A stretch of DNA of 64,000 nt from Pavona decussata (taxonomy: Eukaryota): contig CDRNST010000342.1 in NCBI GenBank assembly GCA_977016875.1, positions 1-64,000 of the forward strand, in the 5' to 3' direction. This document shows positions 23,662-37,257 of the stretch, one piece after another. The notes beneath the pieces were generated by a model, which saw nothing but the letters and a program-made list of their open reading frames with translations, ran no database searches and was not told the DNA's origin. The translations under genes were made by a program, and so were the position numbers. Every line of letters starts with the position of its first letter. Position 1 is the stretch's first letter.

Positions 23662-26600
23662 ATTATTGTATATTATATATTCATCATTGCCTTTGAGACA
23701 AGCACAATATCAGCTGGAGAAGTAACAACTTCCTACCCATCGTCGATACTTTGAACTTTGCCAGAACTAGAAAATGGAATCAAAATTTCCTCTGGTTTCC
23801 TTCCATCATCTGTTTCTTGGCGGTTGTGTATGGATACGCGTCTGTCAGCGGTGCTCTGAAAAACCTCCGCGGCCTGAAGTACAAGCAAAATGCACTTTCA
23901 TCTCGAAGTTTAAAATATTCTATTCCAAACAAACGTCTGTGAGGGATATATTGTTAACACGAATATTTATCAACACAAAACATCGACGATTTGTCAGAAA
24001 GAATGAGTCAAAGATTGTTCTAAAAGGGAGATTTTAACATTTTTGGCGTTCAGCATTCGGAAATAGTACTCTAGGTAGAGAAAATATTCACAAATCAATT
24101 AGTATCTTCTTGGACGCTGAGCGTTTTGAGATGCATATAAGTTAGATGACTCCTGCATAAATCAACATGTGCTACAAAAACATCTTTTGTTTTCAGTTTT
24201 GGTGACCTTCATCCTCTCTTGCGTAAGGGGATTCCCCCTGATCAAAGAGCCCATGTCACGATATTGATGCAGTGCAATCTAGTTCCTTTTGTAGCCTCAA
24301 TCGCTCCTCCTGTTTTTTCCACGGATATATGGATCATATTTAGCTTTGCCTGGTGATAAAGAAGCCACGAACGGCTGTCATACAGTCGAGGCGGCGCAGC
24401 AATCCACAGAAGCCACGTGACATCACATTCGGAGATTGTTCATCGACGCGACTTCAGACTGACAGCATAACCAAGATAGAACAGCCATAAAAAAGCTTGC
24501 TAAAACAACCTACATAAACTGGAATACAGGACACTAAGAGGCGACATGTCTGTTGAGGGGAATCGCCAAGCGGCAGTCATTATAACTGTAACTGTCTTTA
24601 AAGCTTAAATGGAAATAGAACTTCACTTTCAACCACTGAAGACCATTGAAGGAAAGGCACATTATTCACTGTGATGTTTTAACTCTATAAACGGTGAGCG
24701 ATCGCTTTACGACTGCTGTCTCCTCACCTGGAAACAGGTTGAAACTCAGTTACCAAGTCTAGCGAGAGAGTCAGTTCGCTGAGAAACAGTTTGAGCTGAG
24801 TCGAGACTGCAGCGAGGAAGTCGGGGTGTTGTATTCATGAAATCGGTAAAACTTCTAAACTCAAGTTCAGCTCGGCTCCCTCTTGTGGCTCTGTATTCGT
24901 TATAAACACGATATCGGACCAAACTCTCGTGCCAGTACGAGTCAAACTCGTACGAACTCACTCCGGTAATTTTACCAGAGTAAGTTTTCCTTACTGAATG
25001 TGAAAACTCATACCAGTGTTGTGAAAACGCGGTGCGCCTGCTCGTTTCATTTTCCTTGTAGTTTAAAATATTTGTTTCCAGAATAAAACTCTCACTACCA
25101 TTAATTAACACGCTTGATGTAAACACGATATGGTGAATTACTCTGTTATCTTGTATTTTGTATTATACTCGATGAAACGTTCCACCTATATGATCTCAAC
25201 ATACTATGGCTTAGACTTGCTATAATGGCTACAGATTTACATACATATATTATAATCCTAGCTAGCAGCTTACCGAGTCCTTACCTCAATATCTACATAC
25301 AGTATACTTACATAAAGGGTATAGTCACTAGCCTGTGATACAGGACATAAAATAACATCGCTATTCGTTCAATAATGAGAATAATTATTGATCACAGTAA
25401 AAGTCTATAAAATTTAATTGATATATTATTTGCGATGGATTTGCACCGGTCTAATAGCTTATATTAGCTTATATTTACACGGCTGTTAAAGCAGAGCTAT
25501 TTGAATATTTGTGACATGACATTAAATGACGAAAATTATCAACAAATAGTTATCACTTTAGTCTAAGCAGTACTTTTTTCTCACACAGTCTACAATCTAT
25601 TATTTCCAGGGGCTTTGTATAATTATATAGCTACAGCTAGGCCTTAGTTTTCGAACAGTGTTGGAGTTAGGTGGTCAAAGTAGATGTGATAGATATAACA
25701 AGGGTTTTGTCAATTTTACATGGTTTGAGGTCGTTGTCATCTGAAGATAAATATAAAGCCTGACTATAGCTACAGCGTACACAATGTTTCAATCCAGCGC
25801 GGGCATAAATCTGTTAGTTTTACGCTAAAATTACTGCATAAAATCATGCAGCATAACCGATAAAGTTGATTCTTTCAGTCTAGAGACAGGTCTTACCTTG
25901 GCAGTTTGGCCATTAAGATAGCTGCTGCAGTCACCAAAAAAATCCAGAAGAAAAAAATATTTTCTTCTCAGCGCTTCGCGCCTCTCTGACGCGGCTTCGC
26001 CGCGGATCTCGCGAAAAAAAATAACCTCTGGCACCCAGGGTACGCCGATGGATACAAGCGATATCAGCTACGAAGAGGAGCAAGCAACTAGATGAAGAGC
26101 AGTAACGAGAAAATGACGAGATAGGGATTCCAAGCGCTTAGCCTGAGCCTTTTAGAAAGACCACCACAAGGCCTAACACGAGCAGGCAAGGAAAGAACTA
26201 CTATGGTGTATCGAGCCAACAGAGTACCCTGGCTTCCAGAAGTTATTTTTTCGCGAGATTAGAAAGCTCCAACAGGCGAAATCTCTTCGAGAAGAAATTG
26301 TAACTAGAAAGATGTCTTCAAGCAAGACAGACTCGGTGGCTAGAAAGAGCAATGTAACCCGACGTAACTACTCGAACCAAATCAAACGTTTCATTAATCG
26401 AACATAATCGAACTCAATCGAACGATTGGGTTCGATTGATTGGAATCGAACACAGAATACATTTTGCGAAAAAATAATCGTATACAGTTCGTTTGAGGAA
26501 GAAGGGGGGAGTGGGAGGGGGGGTCCGATTTCAGATGAGAGTCCTTCGAGAGCTCGCTCACGAAAATAACGAAGTATTTTACTTTTTGTATTTTTATAGA

Positions 26601-29120
26601 AGTCCCACTCCGATCCAACTCTAAGTCTAACTCGAACTCGAACTCGAATCCAAACTCGATGATTCGGGATTCCCAAGAAAAGATCACAAAAGTTTTCGTT
26701 CTTTCATTTCGACCAAGATCTGACAAGTACTAAAAATGGTCATTAATGCTCCGCATTCGTTCTAACCAGAAGGCCTGAAACGCGGGTTACATTCATTCGT
26801 ATGTTTTCAAATTTACAATGCAAATGCCTTGGCTGTCAAGATGATTGACAGGTCAGAGTGGTGTTATCAAAACATCCATTGTTTCCAGACAGCAAAGATG
26901 GAGGGGATTCCCCTAATTAACGAGTCCTTGTCATTACAAGTAGCAGAGGATTATCGGCGATTCAGCCGCAGTTTTAAATGAAGGATTTGTGGATCATTTA
27001 ACCACATCTTAACAACACCAGCCCTGCAACTAAAATTTACCAAAACTTCGGCAGAGAAAGGCTTTAATGCGGCTTGAGGTAGACAAAGAACATGGCAGAG
27101 TAATAACCGGCACACAAACGTGAGCACATCACTGTAGCAGTGTCCATTCATGAACGAAGCCAGAATAATAAATGAGAATCTTGACTACAGTATGGAACGA
27201 AGTTGCGGCAACGAACTACGGAACAAGCAAAGATATTGCAGCAGCCAAGTATGTTCAGGGAAAACAGTTTGGAAAATTGTTGTTTCTTTCTTGCAATATT
27301 GGTCAAAACAGACACCGCATTCAAAGCTTCGCGTTCGTACATAGCGGCCCGCTTTCGTCCAGAGATGATGAAGATCATTAACTACGATCTGTTTCAGTAC
27401 TTTTCCGGTGAGGAACCACTGATCGGCACTGAATTCATTGAAAGTTAAAGAAGATTTACTCACTATCACACACTGTCATTGTTAAAGAAACCGTTCATTT
27501 GTGCAGTCGAAACACAGCCATTATATTGTTTACAATCTGGTCTAAAAATCACTTGAAACATTCTACATATGATCTACTTGCATCATCTGCTCTTTAGCAA
27601 CTGAGCTATTAATTTTCACTTGAGCAGTCAGGTTTGTTTATTAACTGTAACAAAAATCAAAAGTGCCGTGTCTGAAGAATAATAATCAAACGAATAATAA
27701 GTTTGAGCGAAGCCTTTGTGCGTCTTGGTACAATTTTACTATATGTTCAGTGTAAAGTCAATTAGGGCTGGCGCTATATTTATCCAGCTATGAGTCAAAG
27801 ATATTACACAACTCACTCTTTTCGAAATTGGGGAGGAAAGATTGCGTGACGAGCCAAAACAGCGTCAGCGAGGGAGGCTACAGATTACATTTTTTAGAAC
27901 AAATTTTCAGCTTTCTAAAACGCAAAATAAGCTACAACATTTACAATTTTCCATCTTTGTTTTATGCTATCTTTTCATATTAAACAGTCCAATGTTACTG
28001 CTGTGAGACTTCAGTAAAAGTAATAAACGACTGTTAAAGCAAATCTCATTGAATATTTGTGACATGACATTAAATGACATTGTCCTCCAAAAATTATCAA
28101 CAAATAGTTATCACTTTAGTCAAAGCAGTGTTTTGTTTTTTTTTTTTCACACAGTTTACAATCCATTTTTTCCAGCGGCTTTGTATAATTATATAGCTAC
28201 AGCTCGGCCTTAGTTTTTGAACAGTGTTGGAGTTAGGTGGTCAAAGCAGTTGTGATAGATATAACAAGGTTTTTGTCAATTTTACATGGTTTGAGGTCGT
28301 TATCATCTGAAGATATATACAAAGCCTGCAAACTACTGATAACAGTGTACACAATGTTTCAATCCAGCGAACACAGGGCCCTGCAAACCAAACCAATCGA
28401 TAAAAATAAAGACATAAACATCTTCAGCTGAGTAACAAACTGCCGCACGTTCTTGCTTGAGCTACACATTTCTTGCACCTGAAACCAACAGAGCAACACT
28501 TGGTTTAGCTTTCTCCTGCCTTAGGGATAATGCGACTTACGAGTTCACAGCGGTTTGTATGACGTAAGATTTCGTGATATAGGCACTCGCGGAATAAAGA
28601 AAAGAGGCCGGCTTTTAAAGCATCGGGATCAAAACAGAAAACTATAGAAGACAAGGTGATCCAAAACTCAAATATTTTGTATAGTTTGTTTGTGATGGGA
28701 AGAAGCGTAGAGAGTATGGCGCACCGAAATGAAATAAACTCCAAGAGACTACAAGCGAGGGAGCCACGAGGGCGCGCGCGATAATTGTTCCCCAAGTCGA
28801 GTCTCCTCGCAGGAGCCAATTATCGCGCGCGCTCGCGTGGCTCAATCGGTTTACTTTCCCTAAGTAAAATAAGGAACTACTCGTGATCTAGAACTACACA
28901 AGAGCGGTACTTAAGTACGGCAGTATTGAGAATACTATCACACAAAAATGCAAAAAAAAAAAAAAAATTAAATAAGAAACGCTGCCTGTGCGGCTGTAAA
29001 CGCACGCTCTCAACACAAGCATATTTGTTTTTTAACAAGGCAAGTAACTGAAGTCAAGGAAAGACAAAAAGGATAAATAACTGATTTCCTTACTGAAAGA
29101 AAAACCAACTCACCTGCTTA

Positions 29121-29381
29121 TCAAAACCTTTCATCGTTTTCTTCAGGCTCCCTCCAAGATTCTCGTTCATCGTTTTCTTCAGGCTGCTTTCGTAAATTTT
29201 GCTCATCGTTTTCTTGAGGCTCGTTCGAAGGTATGGGAAAGGAACGGTCCCCGATGATCTGTCCCCTCACAACAGCTTGTAATTTATTGCTCCAAATCTT
29301 AAAGGCTAGTAATTTTAGCATCCAACCGATGATACCAAAAACTACAATCCAGAATAATACTTCAGAAAAACACGTCTCCAT
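29121..29381 (-). CDS. HDERF-family subfamily B copy 3 (86 aa)
   Basis: METCFSEVLFWIVVFGIIGWMLKLLAFKIWSNK...EPQENDEQNLRKQPEENDERESWREPEENDERF, then TGA TAA GCAG|GTGAGT. Confidence 0.7.
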   Translation of the reverse strand: METCFSEVLFWIVVFGIIGWMLKLLAFKIWSNKLQAVVRGQIIGDRSFPIPSNEPQENDEQNLRKQPEENDERESWREPEENDERF

Positions 29382-31007
29382 TTCTTTACCAAACGAAAGT
29401 AGGTAACACTAGTACGCAGGAAGCGTATGTGTGGGTCAGTTGAATTATTTGGAGGCGGTACGGTTCGCGCCTACGCAACTCATATGTATACAAGTTCACA
29501 TGTAAATGTTGTTGTGATAGCCGGAAAAAAAAGAAGTAGCGGCGCCAATCAAGTGCTCACCAATGATCTGCCCGCTTGTGATTGTGTCTAATGAAGCCTA
29601 ATGAATATAATATGAAGTCACGCATGAAGCAAGGTCAAGCGTGATTGTCGCTGTCGATGTCGTCTTTCTGCTCTTTGGTTTCAACTCGTTAGGTTTTGTG
29701 CTTCATTTAGAGGGAATTCCTTGGGCATAAATCTGTTAGTTTTACCATTTATGTAATTTTATTTAAAATTTAACGCTAAAATTACTGCATAAGATCATGT
29801 AGCATAACCCATAAAGTTGATTCTTTCAGTCTAGAGACTGGTATTACCTTGGCAGTTTCGCCATTAAGATAGCTGTTGCAGTCACCAAAAAAATCTAGAA
29901 GAAAAAAATATTTTCTTCTCAAGCGCTTCGCGCCTCGCTGACGCGGCTTCGCCGCGGATCTCTCTCTCAAACTCGCGGAAAAAAAAAAAAAAAACCTCTT
30001 GCACCCAGGGTACGCCGATGGATACAAGCGATATCAGCTACGAAGAGGAGCAACCAACTAGATGAGCAGTAAGGAGAAAATGACGAGCCAGTAGAGATTC
30101 CAAGTGCTCAGCCTGAGCCTTCAAGAAAGATCACCACACGGCCTAGTTACACAAGCAGCGAAAGAAAGAACTACTATGGAGTATCGAGCCAACAGAGTAC
30201 CCTGGCTTCCAGAGGTTATTTTTTTCGCGAGACTAGAAAGCTCCAATAGGCGAAATCTCTTCGAGAAGAAATTGTAACTAGAAAGCAAGACAGACTCGGC
30301 GGCTAGAAAGAGCAAAGTGACCCGACGTAACTACTACCAAATCAAACGTTTCATTAATTGATCGAACATAATCGAACTCAATCGAACAATTAATCGATTA
30401 ATTGGAATAGCACACAGAATACATTTTGCGAAAAAATAACCGTATACAGTTCGTTTGAGGGGGGGGGGGTCCGATTTCACATGAGACCTCTGACATGAGA
30501 GTCCTTCGAGAGCTCGCTCTCGAAAATAACGAAATATTTTACGTTTTGTATTTTTATAGTAGTCCGAAAATAACGAAGTATTTCGCTTTTTGTCTCTTTA
30601 TAGTAGTCCAACTCCGATCCAACTCTAAGTCCAACTCGAACTCGGACTCGAACTCGAACCCAAACTTGATGATTCGGGATTCCCGAAAAAGATCTCAAAA
30701 GTTTTCGTTCGTTCATTTCAACCAACGTCTGACAAGTAATAAAAATGTTCATAAATGTTTCGCATTCGTTCTAACCGGAAGGCCTGAAACTCGGGTTACA
30801 TTCATTCGAATGTTTTCACATTTACAATGCAAATGCCTTGGCTGTCAAGATGATTGACAGGTCAGAGTGGTGTTATCAAAAAATCTATTGTTTCCAGATA
30901 GCTCAGATGGAGGGGAATCCCCTAATTAACGAGTCCTTGTCATTAGAGGTAGCAGAGGATTATGGGCGATTCAGCCGCAGTTTTATGTGGAGGATTTGTG
31001 GATCATT

Positions 31008-31866
31008 ACTCGGGCCGTAAGGCGACACGAGTTAAGGATTCGGTCTGCATTATCAAATTCTTTTTTATTCTTGGGGTGGCAATGGGCCGAGAGATAAAAC
31101 TTCGGGCCACGAATTATTGTTCTCGGTCTCGTTTTTTGTACTCGGCTGGCACGAGTTAAGTTTTCGTCGCGTTATAAAATTCTTTAAATTCTCGGTCGCG
31201 TTCTTTGTACTCGGAGGAGTGTATACAATATGCGAGCCAGCGAGGCATGCGAGGCAGACGTGCGAGGCATGAACAAAACATGCGAGGCATACGAGGCATG
31301 AACAACCCCAACATAAACTGCTAACCGTTACCGGGGAGCTATTTAAGCTAACCTGAGTGCTATTTAGGCTAACCGGAGTGTTTTTTAGGTTAGTTTTGTT
31401 AAACCGCAACTAAATCAGTCTATGACCCCGCGGGCCAAGATAGATAAAGATGTGCCTGAATTTCATTTTAAAATATAAACAGCGACAACATTGAAAAACG
31501 TATAAGGATAACGTACGCGTGATACGCAACGTTTCTCTAGATCATACCGGACTGTTTTGATCCGTCACTAGTGACCCGGCGTCACATACATGCATATCAG
31601 GACCGTACAAGTGGTTTTTGTCTCTAAACGAAAGGTGAAAACGTAATAAGGATTAAAGCCCCGGGATTATAAAAAGCATTCGTATGACAAATGTCGTTTT
31701 CCCCTGTATTTCATTCTGACTACAAGAAATGCAATTCTATCTGGTGGCTTATTCACGCCTCACTATATCTCTGTATCTATCTATTTGGGGGAATTAGCGA
31801 TGCTGGAGGTTATCACTGCTAAAAGGTTGTAGGCTTACGCCATACGTAGTCAAATATGGCACGAGT
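31008..31866. mobile_element. Non-autonomous TIR element
   Basis: Absent from paralogs (e.g. ~8895, ~52305). Ends ACTCGGGCCGTA / TATGGCACGAGT are imperfect inverted repeats. Confidence 0.7.
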
Positions 31867-33714
31867 TTAAGCTGAAAACAGCTTCTTGTTTAACTACATC
31901 TTAACAACACCATCCTTGCAACTACAATTTACCAAAAAGTCGGTAAAGAAGGGCTTTAATGCGGCTTGAGGCAGACAAAGAAGATGATAATATCTTGAGG
32001 CAGAGTAATATTTTAAGCAACATAAACTCGAGCACATCACTGTCAGTGTCCATTCATAAACGAAGCCAGAACAATAACAGAATCTTGACTACAGTATGGA
32101 ACGGAGTTGCGGCTACGAACTACGGAACAAGCAAAGATATTGCAGCAGCCAAGGTTCAGCGAAATTGCGGTTTCTTTCTTTAAATTTTAGAAAAAAAACG
32201 ACACCACATTCAAAGCTTTGCGTTCGTATATAGCGCCCCGCTTTCGTCCACTGATGTTGAACATCGTTAACTACGATCTATTTCAGTACTTTGGTGAAGA
32301 ACCACTGATCGGCACTGAATTCATCGAAAGTTAAAGAAGATTTACTCACTATCACAGACTGTCGCTGATCAACATTCCATTAAAGAAACCGTTCATTCGT
32401 GCAGTCGAAGCACAGCCATTATATTGTTTACAATCTGGTCTAAAAATTACTTGAAACATTCTACAGATGATATACTGGCATCATCTGCTCTTTAGCCAGC
32501 GATTAATTTTCAGGAGGTTGTTTAACAGTTACCAAAAATTAAAAGTGCAGTGTCTGTATAGTAATAATTAAATTAATGATAAGTGACAGCGAAGTCTTTG
32601 CATGTCTTCGCTCAATTTTGCAATTTTACTATACAGCTGTATGTGCATTGCCAAGTCAATTTGGCCTGGCTCTTTATTCATTCAGCTATGAGCCAAGATA
32701 TTAACACAAATCACTCTCTTCGAAAAGCGCCAGAGTACAATTTTTCAGAACAAATTATTCAGCTTTTTAAAACGCAAAATTAGCTACAGCATTTACAAAA
32801 TTTCCGGCTTTAGTTTATGTTTTGTTATCATAACAGTCCACGGTAACTGCTGAGAGAATTCATCGATCATCAAAGGAATACAGCATAAGCCAAAACAGAC
32901 GTCTTCAGTAATAAAAGGCCTTCTATTCAAACAGCTGAAAAGGAGAAATAAAAATCACAGTGATGAGTAAAGGTTGACGTGATTTTGAATTTACTATATA
33001 TCTTACGCAGCTCGCCGAACAAGTGTTGTCGCGCGATATCACAATTTCTCGACGTTATGATATTGCCTTCCCCGGCANNNNNNNNNNNNNNNNNNNNNNN
33101 NNNNNNNNNNNNNNNNNNNNNNNNNNNNNNNNNNNNNNNNNNNNNNNNNNNNNNNNNNNNNNNNNNNNNNNNNNNNNNNNNNNNNNNNNNNNNNNNNNNN
33201 NNNNNNNNNNNNNNATAATGGGCTCCTGCCGTTTACATGGGCTCCTGCCGTTTATTATTCACCACTGCAGTTAAAAAAAATTACAGAGATAAAGTCCAAG
33301 ATTAAACAATTAACACTACTATACTGATACTAATGGGAAAACAGGAAACGATTAAATTATTCATGGCAAGAAGGACTGACACGCCGAATCGCCTGCATCA
33401 AAACAAAAAAGAGGTCGAAAGGGAACAATTCTACTCCATTTTCAAACTTTTTCACAAAGTGGCCGTTTTTAATTTCACAAGACTTCATTAATACTACCCT
33501 ATTTAGTTCAGGGTAGGATGCTGGGAACGACGAAAAACTGAATACAACGTGCAATATTTCCGCCTCTTTTCCGGCCGAAATTATGTAGATGTTCAAGCGA
33601 GCTGTTTTATGCCTATCTTTCTCTTTGTATGGTGTTCAAAACACCATACCATATACTTAGTGACTGATGTGATGTCACGTGGCTTTTGTGGATTGCTGCG
33701 CTGCCTCGACTGTA

Positions 33715-34920
33715 TTGCGCTGATCAAGCTGATCAACTCGAAACTTCAACATCCCCCCCCCCCCCCCCCGGGCAAACCCCGGGCATTTGAACGTTTGAAG
33801 ATTGGATCGTTCAAATTCCCGCCCCCTTGGGCCAAAATGGAGTTCAAATGCCCTACCTTATCGTCGGATTTGTCTGTCAAATGCCCCTCCTAAAGAACAA
33901 TCGTTGTCTGCTCCTGTCATGAGTTACTACAAAAACCACAACTTTAACACTGAAACTAATGATTGGAAATTGAATTTATTAAGTCGGACAATGTCAATCA
34001 GCAAGTGTAAGCTGTTCTAACTCCGAAACACGGCTGTTTAACGAGAAATACATAATAACATATTTAAAATGAGTTAGCCGGCTACGTAGACTGTTCGAGT
34101 GGCAGGGTGTTCTGCAGTTTAAGCCAAAGCAGCGTTTTTTTTTTATTCGACAATGTTTTTTTTTTCTTTAACTGTTCACTGCTGTTTTATGGCTATTCTA
34201 AAAACCTCTGCAGACACAAATGCGGGAGAAAGGCGCAGCTTGACTCATTGCGTAAAAAACTACATCGTTTAAAGAACTAGAAATACATATTGTAAAATTA
34301 GTTAGCCGGCTACATAGAATGTTGTTCGAGTGGCAGGATATTCTGCAATTTTTAAAAGCCAAAGCGGTTTTTCATTCGACAGTGTTTAGTCTTTCACTAT
34401 TCACTGCGGGACAAAGCCGCAGCTTGACTCATTGACATCGTTTATATACAAAAAACTATCTATAAAAATAATTAATTTTTAAGCACTCTCACTTTTGAAG
34501 ACCTTTTTCTGTAATTTAAAGCTTTTTTTTTTGTAATGCTGTATCTCTTCCTTTACGGCTCTTCCATCTCGTCCAAACACGTGTTTATAGCTGTTAGCGT
34601 AGCCTGTTCCCGGTTCCTAGAGAGATGCGCGAAGGAGAGTGCGAGGGGACGAAAACGAGGGGGAAATGGTCCCCCCGCGTTTTCGTCCTTTCGCACTCTC
34701 CTTCGCGCATCTCTCTAGGAGCCTGGAACAGGCTACTGTTAGCGACTTCGGCGCCCCCCCAAAAAGCGATTTAAAACCTGACACTTCCGGTTCAATTTTC
34801 CCCACCCCACCCAGGCAAGGTCAAATTCCCCACTCCAGGGCACAGAAAATAGTCAAATGCCCGGGGTTTTCCCAGGGGGGGGGGGGGGGGGGAAGTTGAG
34901 GTTTCGATTTGATCGGCGCA
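33715..34920. mobile_element. TA-flanked TIR element (1.2 kb)
   Basis: Left TGCGCTGATCAA..CGAAACTTCAAC-C(n) and right G(n)-GTTGAGGTTTCG..TTGATCGGCGCA. It interrupts a sequence that is continuous in the paralogs at ~24380 and ~38670. Confidence 0.8.
34600..34735. mobile_element. Nested hairpin MITE TAG...CTA with 9-bp TSD
   Basis: Near-perfect 136-bp palindrome flanked by CTGTTAGCG on both sides. Confidence 0.9.
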
Positions 34921-35517
34921 TATGTCAGCCGTTCTTGGTTTCTTTGTCACCAGGCAAAGCTATACATGATCCAGATATCTGCGAACGAAAAACAAGAGAG
35001 CGAACAAAGCTACAGAAGGAGCTACTGTAGATTTCACACGCTTCACTGTATCAATATCGTGCGTGACATGGGCTGTTTGATCAGGAATAAACGGGGAATC
35101 CCCTTATATCACCGAAACTAAACACAATAAATTTTTGACAGCACGTATTGATTGATCCAGCAGACAGCCAACCTATTTGCATCTCAAAACGCTCGGCTCG
35201 GCGTCCGAAGAAGTTACAAATTCGTTTACGAATTAGAATTTTTTTCTACCTAGAGTATTATTATCCAGCGTATTATTATTACTTCAGTTCGGTAGTTCGC
35301 GGAATGCATTAATATTAAAATCTCCCTTTGGAAGCGAATAACCTTTGACTTAGTCTCATTCTTTAAGACAAATCGCCGATATTTTGTGTTAATACTGATG
35401 ATATTCGTGTTAACAATATAACCCTCATATTGTTTGGAAAAGACAATTTTAACATTTTTAAATGTCGAGATGAATACACTAATAAAATCTATGACCCGCG
35501 GGTTGGCCTTATTTTAT

Positions 35518-35865
35518 TTGCATGGCCATACAAATTTACGTGGTATAAGAATAGGGAGGTTTGCGGTTCGCATCGTTTTTGTAATCAATATTTGGCTCTT
35601 TAGAATAGATGTCTTTATATCCGTCGCCAGTATCGCCGCGATCGTCGGAATCACAGGAATTTGAAGAAGGGCTGGGCGATGAAACAAACGATGTCATCGC
35701 CGGCGCTATGTCCTGGGTGCTGATGCTGTGAAGCCACTGAAGATTGGTTAAACTATCTTCAAGAGAAGATTCATCGTCTTCTTTGTCTGTAGGATTCTGG
35801 GCTTTCCAGTTTGCTGCAAATCTTTCAGCGTAGGATTGCATTGCTACCGACATTTTGCTGTTCAT
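35518..35865 (-). pseudogene. foxj1: Forkhead box J1 N-terminal fragment with nonsense codon and truncation
   Basis: LEDSLTNLQWL and IDYKNDANRKPPYSYTT*ICMAMQ match the FoxJ1 motifs DDSLTxLQWL and IDYK..KPPYSYATLICMAM. TAA replaces the Leu codon and similarity ends after MAMQ. Confidence 0.8.
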
Positions 35866-36084
35866 AATATACACGGACCAGTAACCTCTGTTTAGCTTGC
35901 GATACAGCTGCCCCGTTTCGGACTTTACTATGCCACCTTAGATCAAGTCAAAATGCGCCCAAGGATAACGCGATTAACGCGAAGCACGGAAATAAAATTG
36001 TAGAAAGTTTATTTTCATACGGCTTTTTTTAGCGAAACGTGCTCCACGTGAAAAGCATGTGCTCACGACACTTCCTTTGCTTCT

Positions 36085-36179
36085 ATTGGTGCAGACCTGG
36101 ACTAATGTCAATCAGAAATTCAGAATGATTGGCGGGATGGGGAAATTTGAAGGGCCTAGCCTGTACGCGCCGTATAAAA
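36085..36179 (+). promoter_or_regulatory. Putative core promoter of C copy 1 (two ATTGG boxes + TATAAAA)
   Basis: ATTGG at 36085 and 36128, TATAAAA at 36173. The paralog has TATAAATA at 63497-63504 (minus strand) and CCAAT motifs at 63551/63585. Confidence 0.55.
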
Positions 36180-36299
36180 CACGACAAAAGTAAAGCACTC
36201 ATCAAAACACAGCAGAACGTCAGCTGCCCATCGTCGGACGTTGCGTGCTCTCAGTACACGATTTGGGAAGTTGAGAATTTTATCCAGCACAATTTCAAA

Positions 36300-36455
36300 A
36301 TGTTTCCCTGCGACGACTTTTGGCAGAGCCCAGTGTTTGGTCCCCTGATCGGAGCCTTAATAACATTGCTGTGTGTAAAGGTGTGGGTGAATCAACCAGC
36401 AGAAAGGGAAGATAGAGAGAAGAAACTGCCAAGTGAACACGACGAGAGATTCTGA
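36300..36455 (+). CDS. HDERF-family subfamily C copy 1 (51 aa)
   Basis: MFPCDDFWQSPVFGPLIGALITLLCVKVWVNQPAEREDREKKLPSEHDERF, then TGA TAA and GTGAGT 7 nt after the stop. Confidence 0.72.
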   Translation: MFPCDDFWQSPVFGPLIGALITLLCVKVWVNQPAEREDREKKLPSEHDERF

Positions 36456-36993
36456 TAAGAAAGTGAGTTTTGAATTTATTTTGTACACACGTCATATCCT
36501 CTTTGTGTTTGTTTCTAGTGGTAGGCATCGCTTCCCCTCAATCCTCCTGTCACTCGCTCATCATACTTTTGTTATGAGGCCAATTGGGACATTTTTTTTT
36601 TTGCGGAGCGAGCGACCCCTTGACCCTGGATTGTTTTGCAGAAACTCGGTTATGCTTCGGTGGTGTCGGACTGAAATATTTTGAATGTTTTCGACTGTCA
36701 TGTATCACAAAACTTCGCGGGGTGGCAGGGCAAAAACTGTCATGAACTATTCTTTTGCAAACAAGCGTAGGTAACTGGCAAAAACAATCCACTGATAGAG
36801 TACACCGCTACGGCGGTTCCCATGCATTTACATCAGTTTCCCCACGTGCGCTTTCATAACTCTTTCTCGGCAATGGTCTTTTGTTTTGTTAGCCAATTAA
36901 TGATATGATGTGCCTGGTTTAGAGACGTTATGCTCGATCCCGGCCCTATTGCTTCCAGTTTCAGTTGTGTTGGTGCATGCACTGTTATGTTTA

Positions 36994-37257
36994 CAGTCAA
37001 CTCCCCTTATTGCAGACTCAGTAGCCTGTGAACAGGCTCCCAAGTGGGGTATAGGGCGAAAAGCCCTATATCCCACTTGGAAGCCTGTTGTGGACACCCT
37101 CGGGACCGCCAGTTATTGTCCTTAATAGCGAGAGTCCGTAACAGAGGAAATTGATTTCAGTCAAACGTCTGTAATTTATTTTTACCGGGGATTTAGCTGC
37201 TGTCCGTATTATCGGGGTGTATTTTAGCGAGGTGTCAGCGAGACGAGAGTTTGACTG
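36994..37257. mobile_element. Tc1/mariner(pogo)-type MITE
   Basis: TA-CAGTCAACTC...GAGTTTGACTG-TA ends. Confidence 0.7.

Larger units (their letters stand above)
24700..33570. repeat. Two more diverged, rearranged copies of the duplication unit
   Basis: Modules of 5190-6260, 7560-7730 and 8560-9950 recur at 24700-28010 and 28020-33570 with deletions and insertions. Confidence 0.9.
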
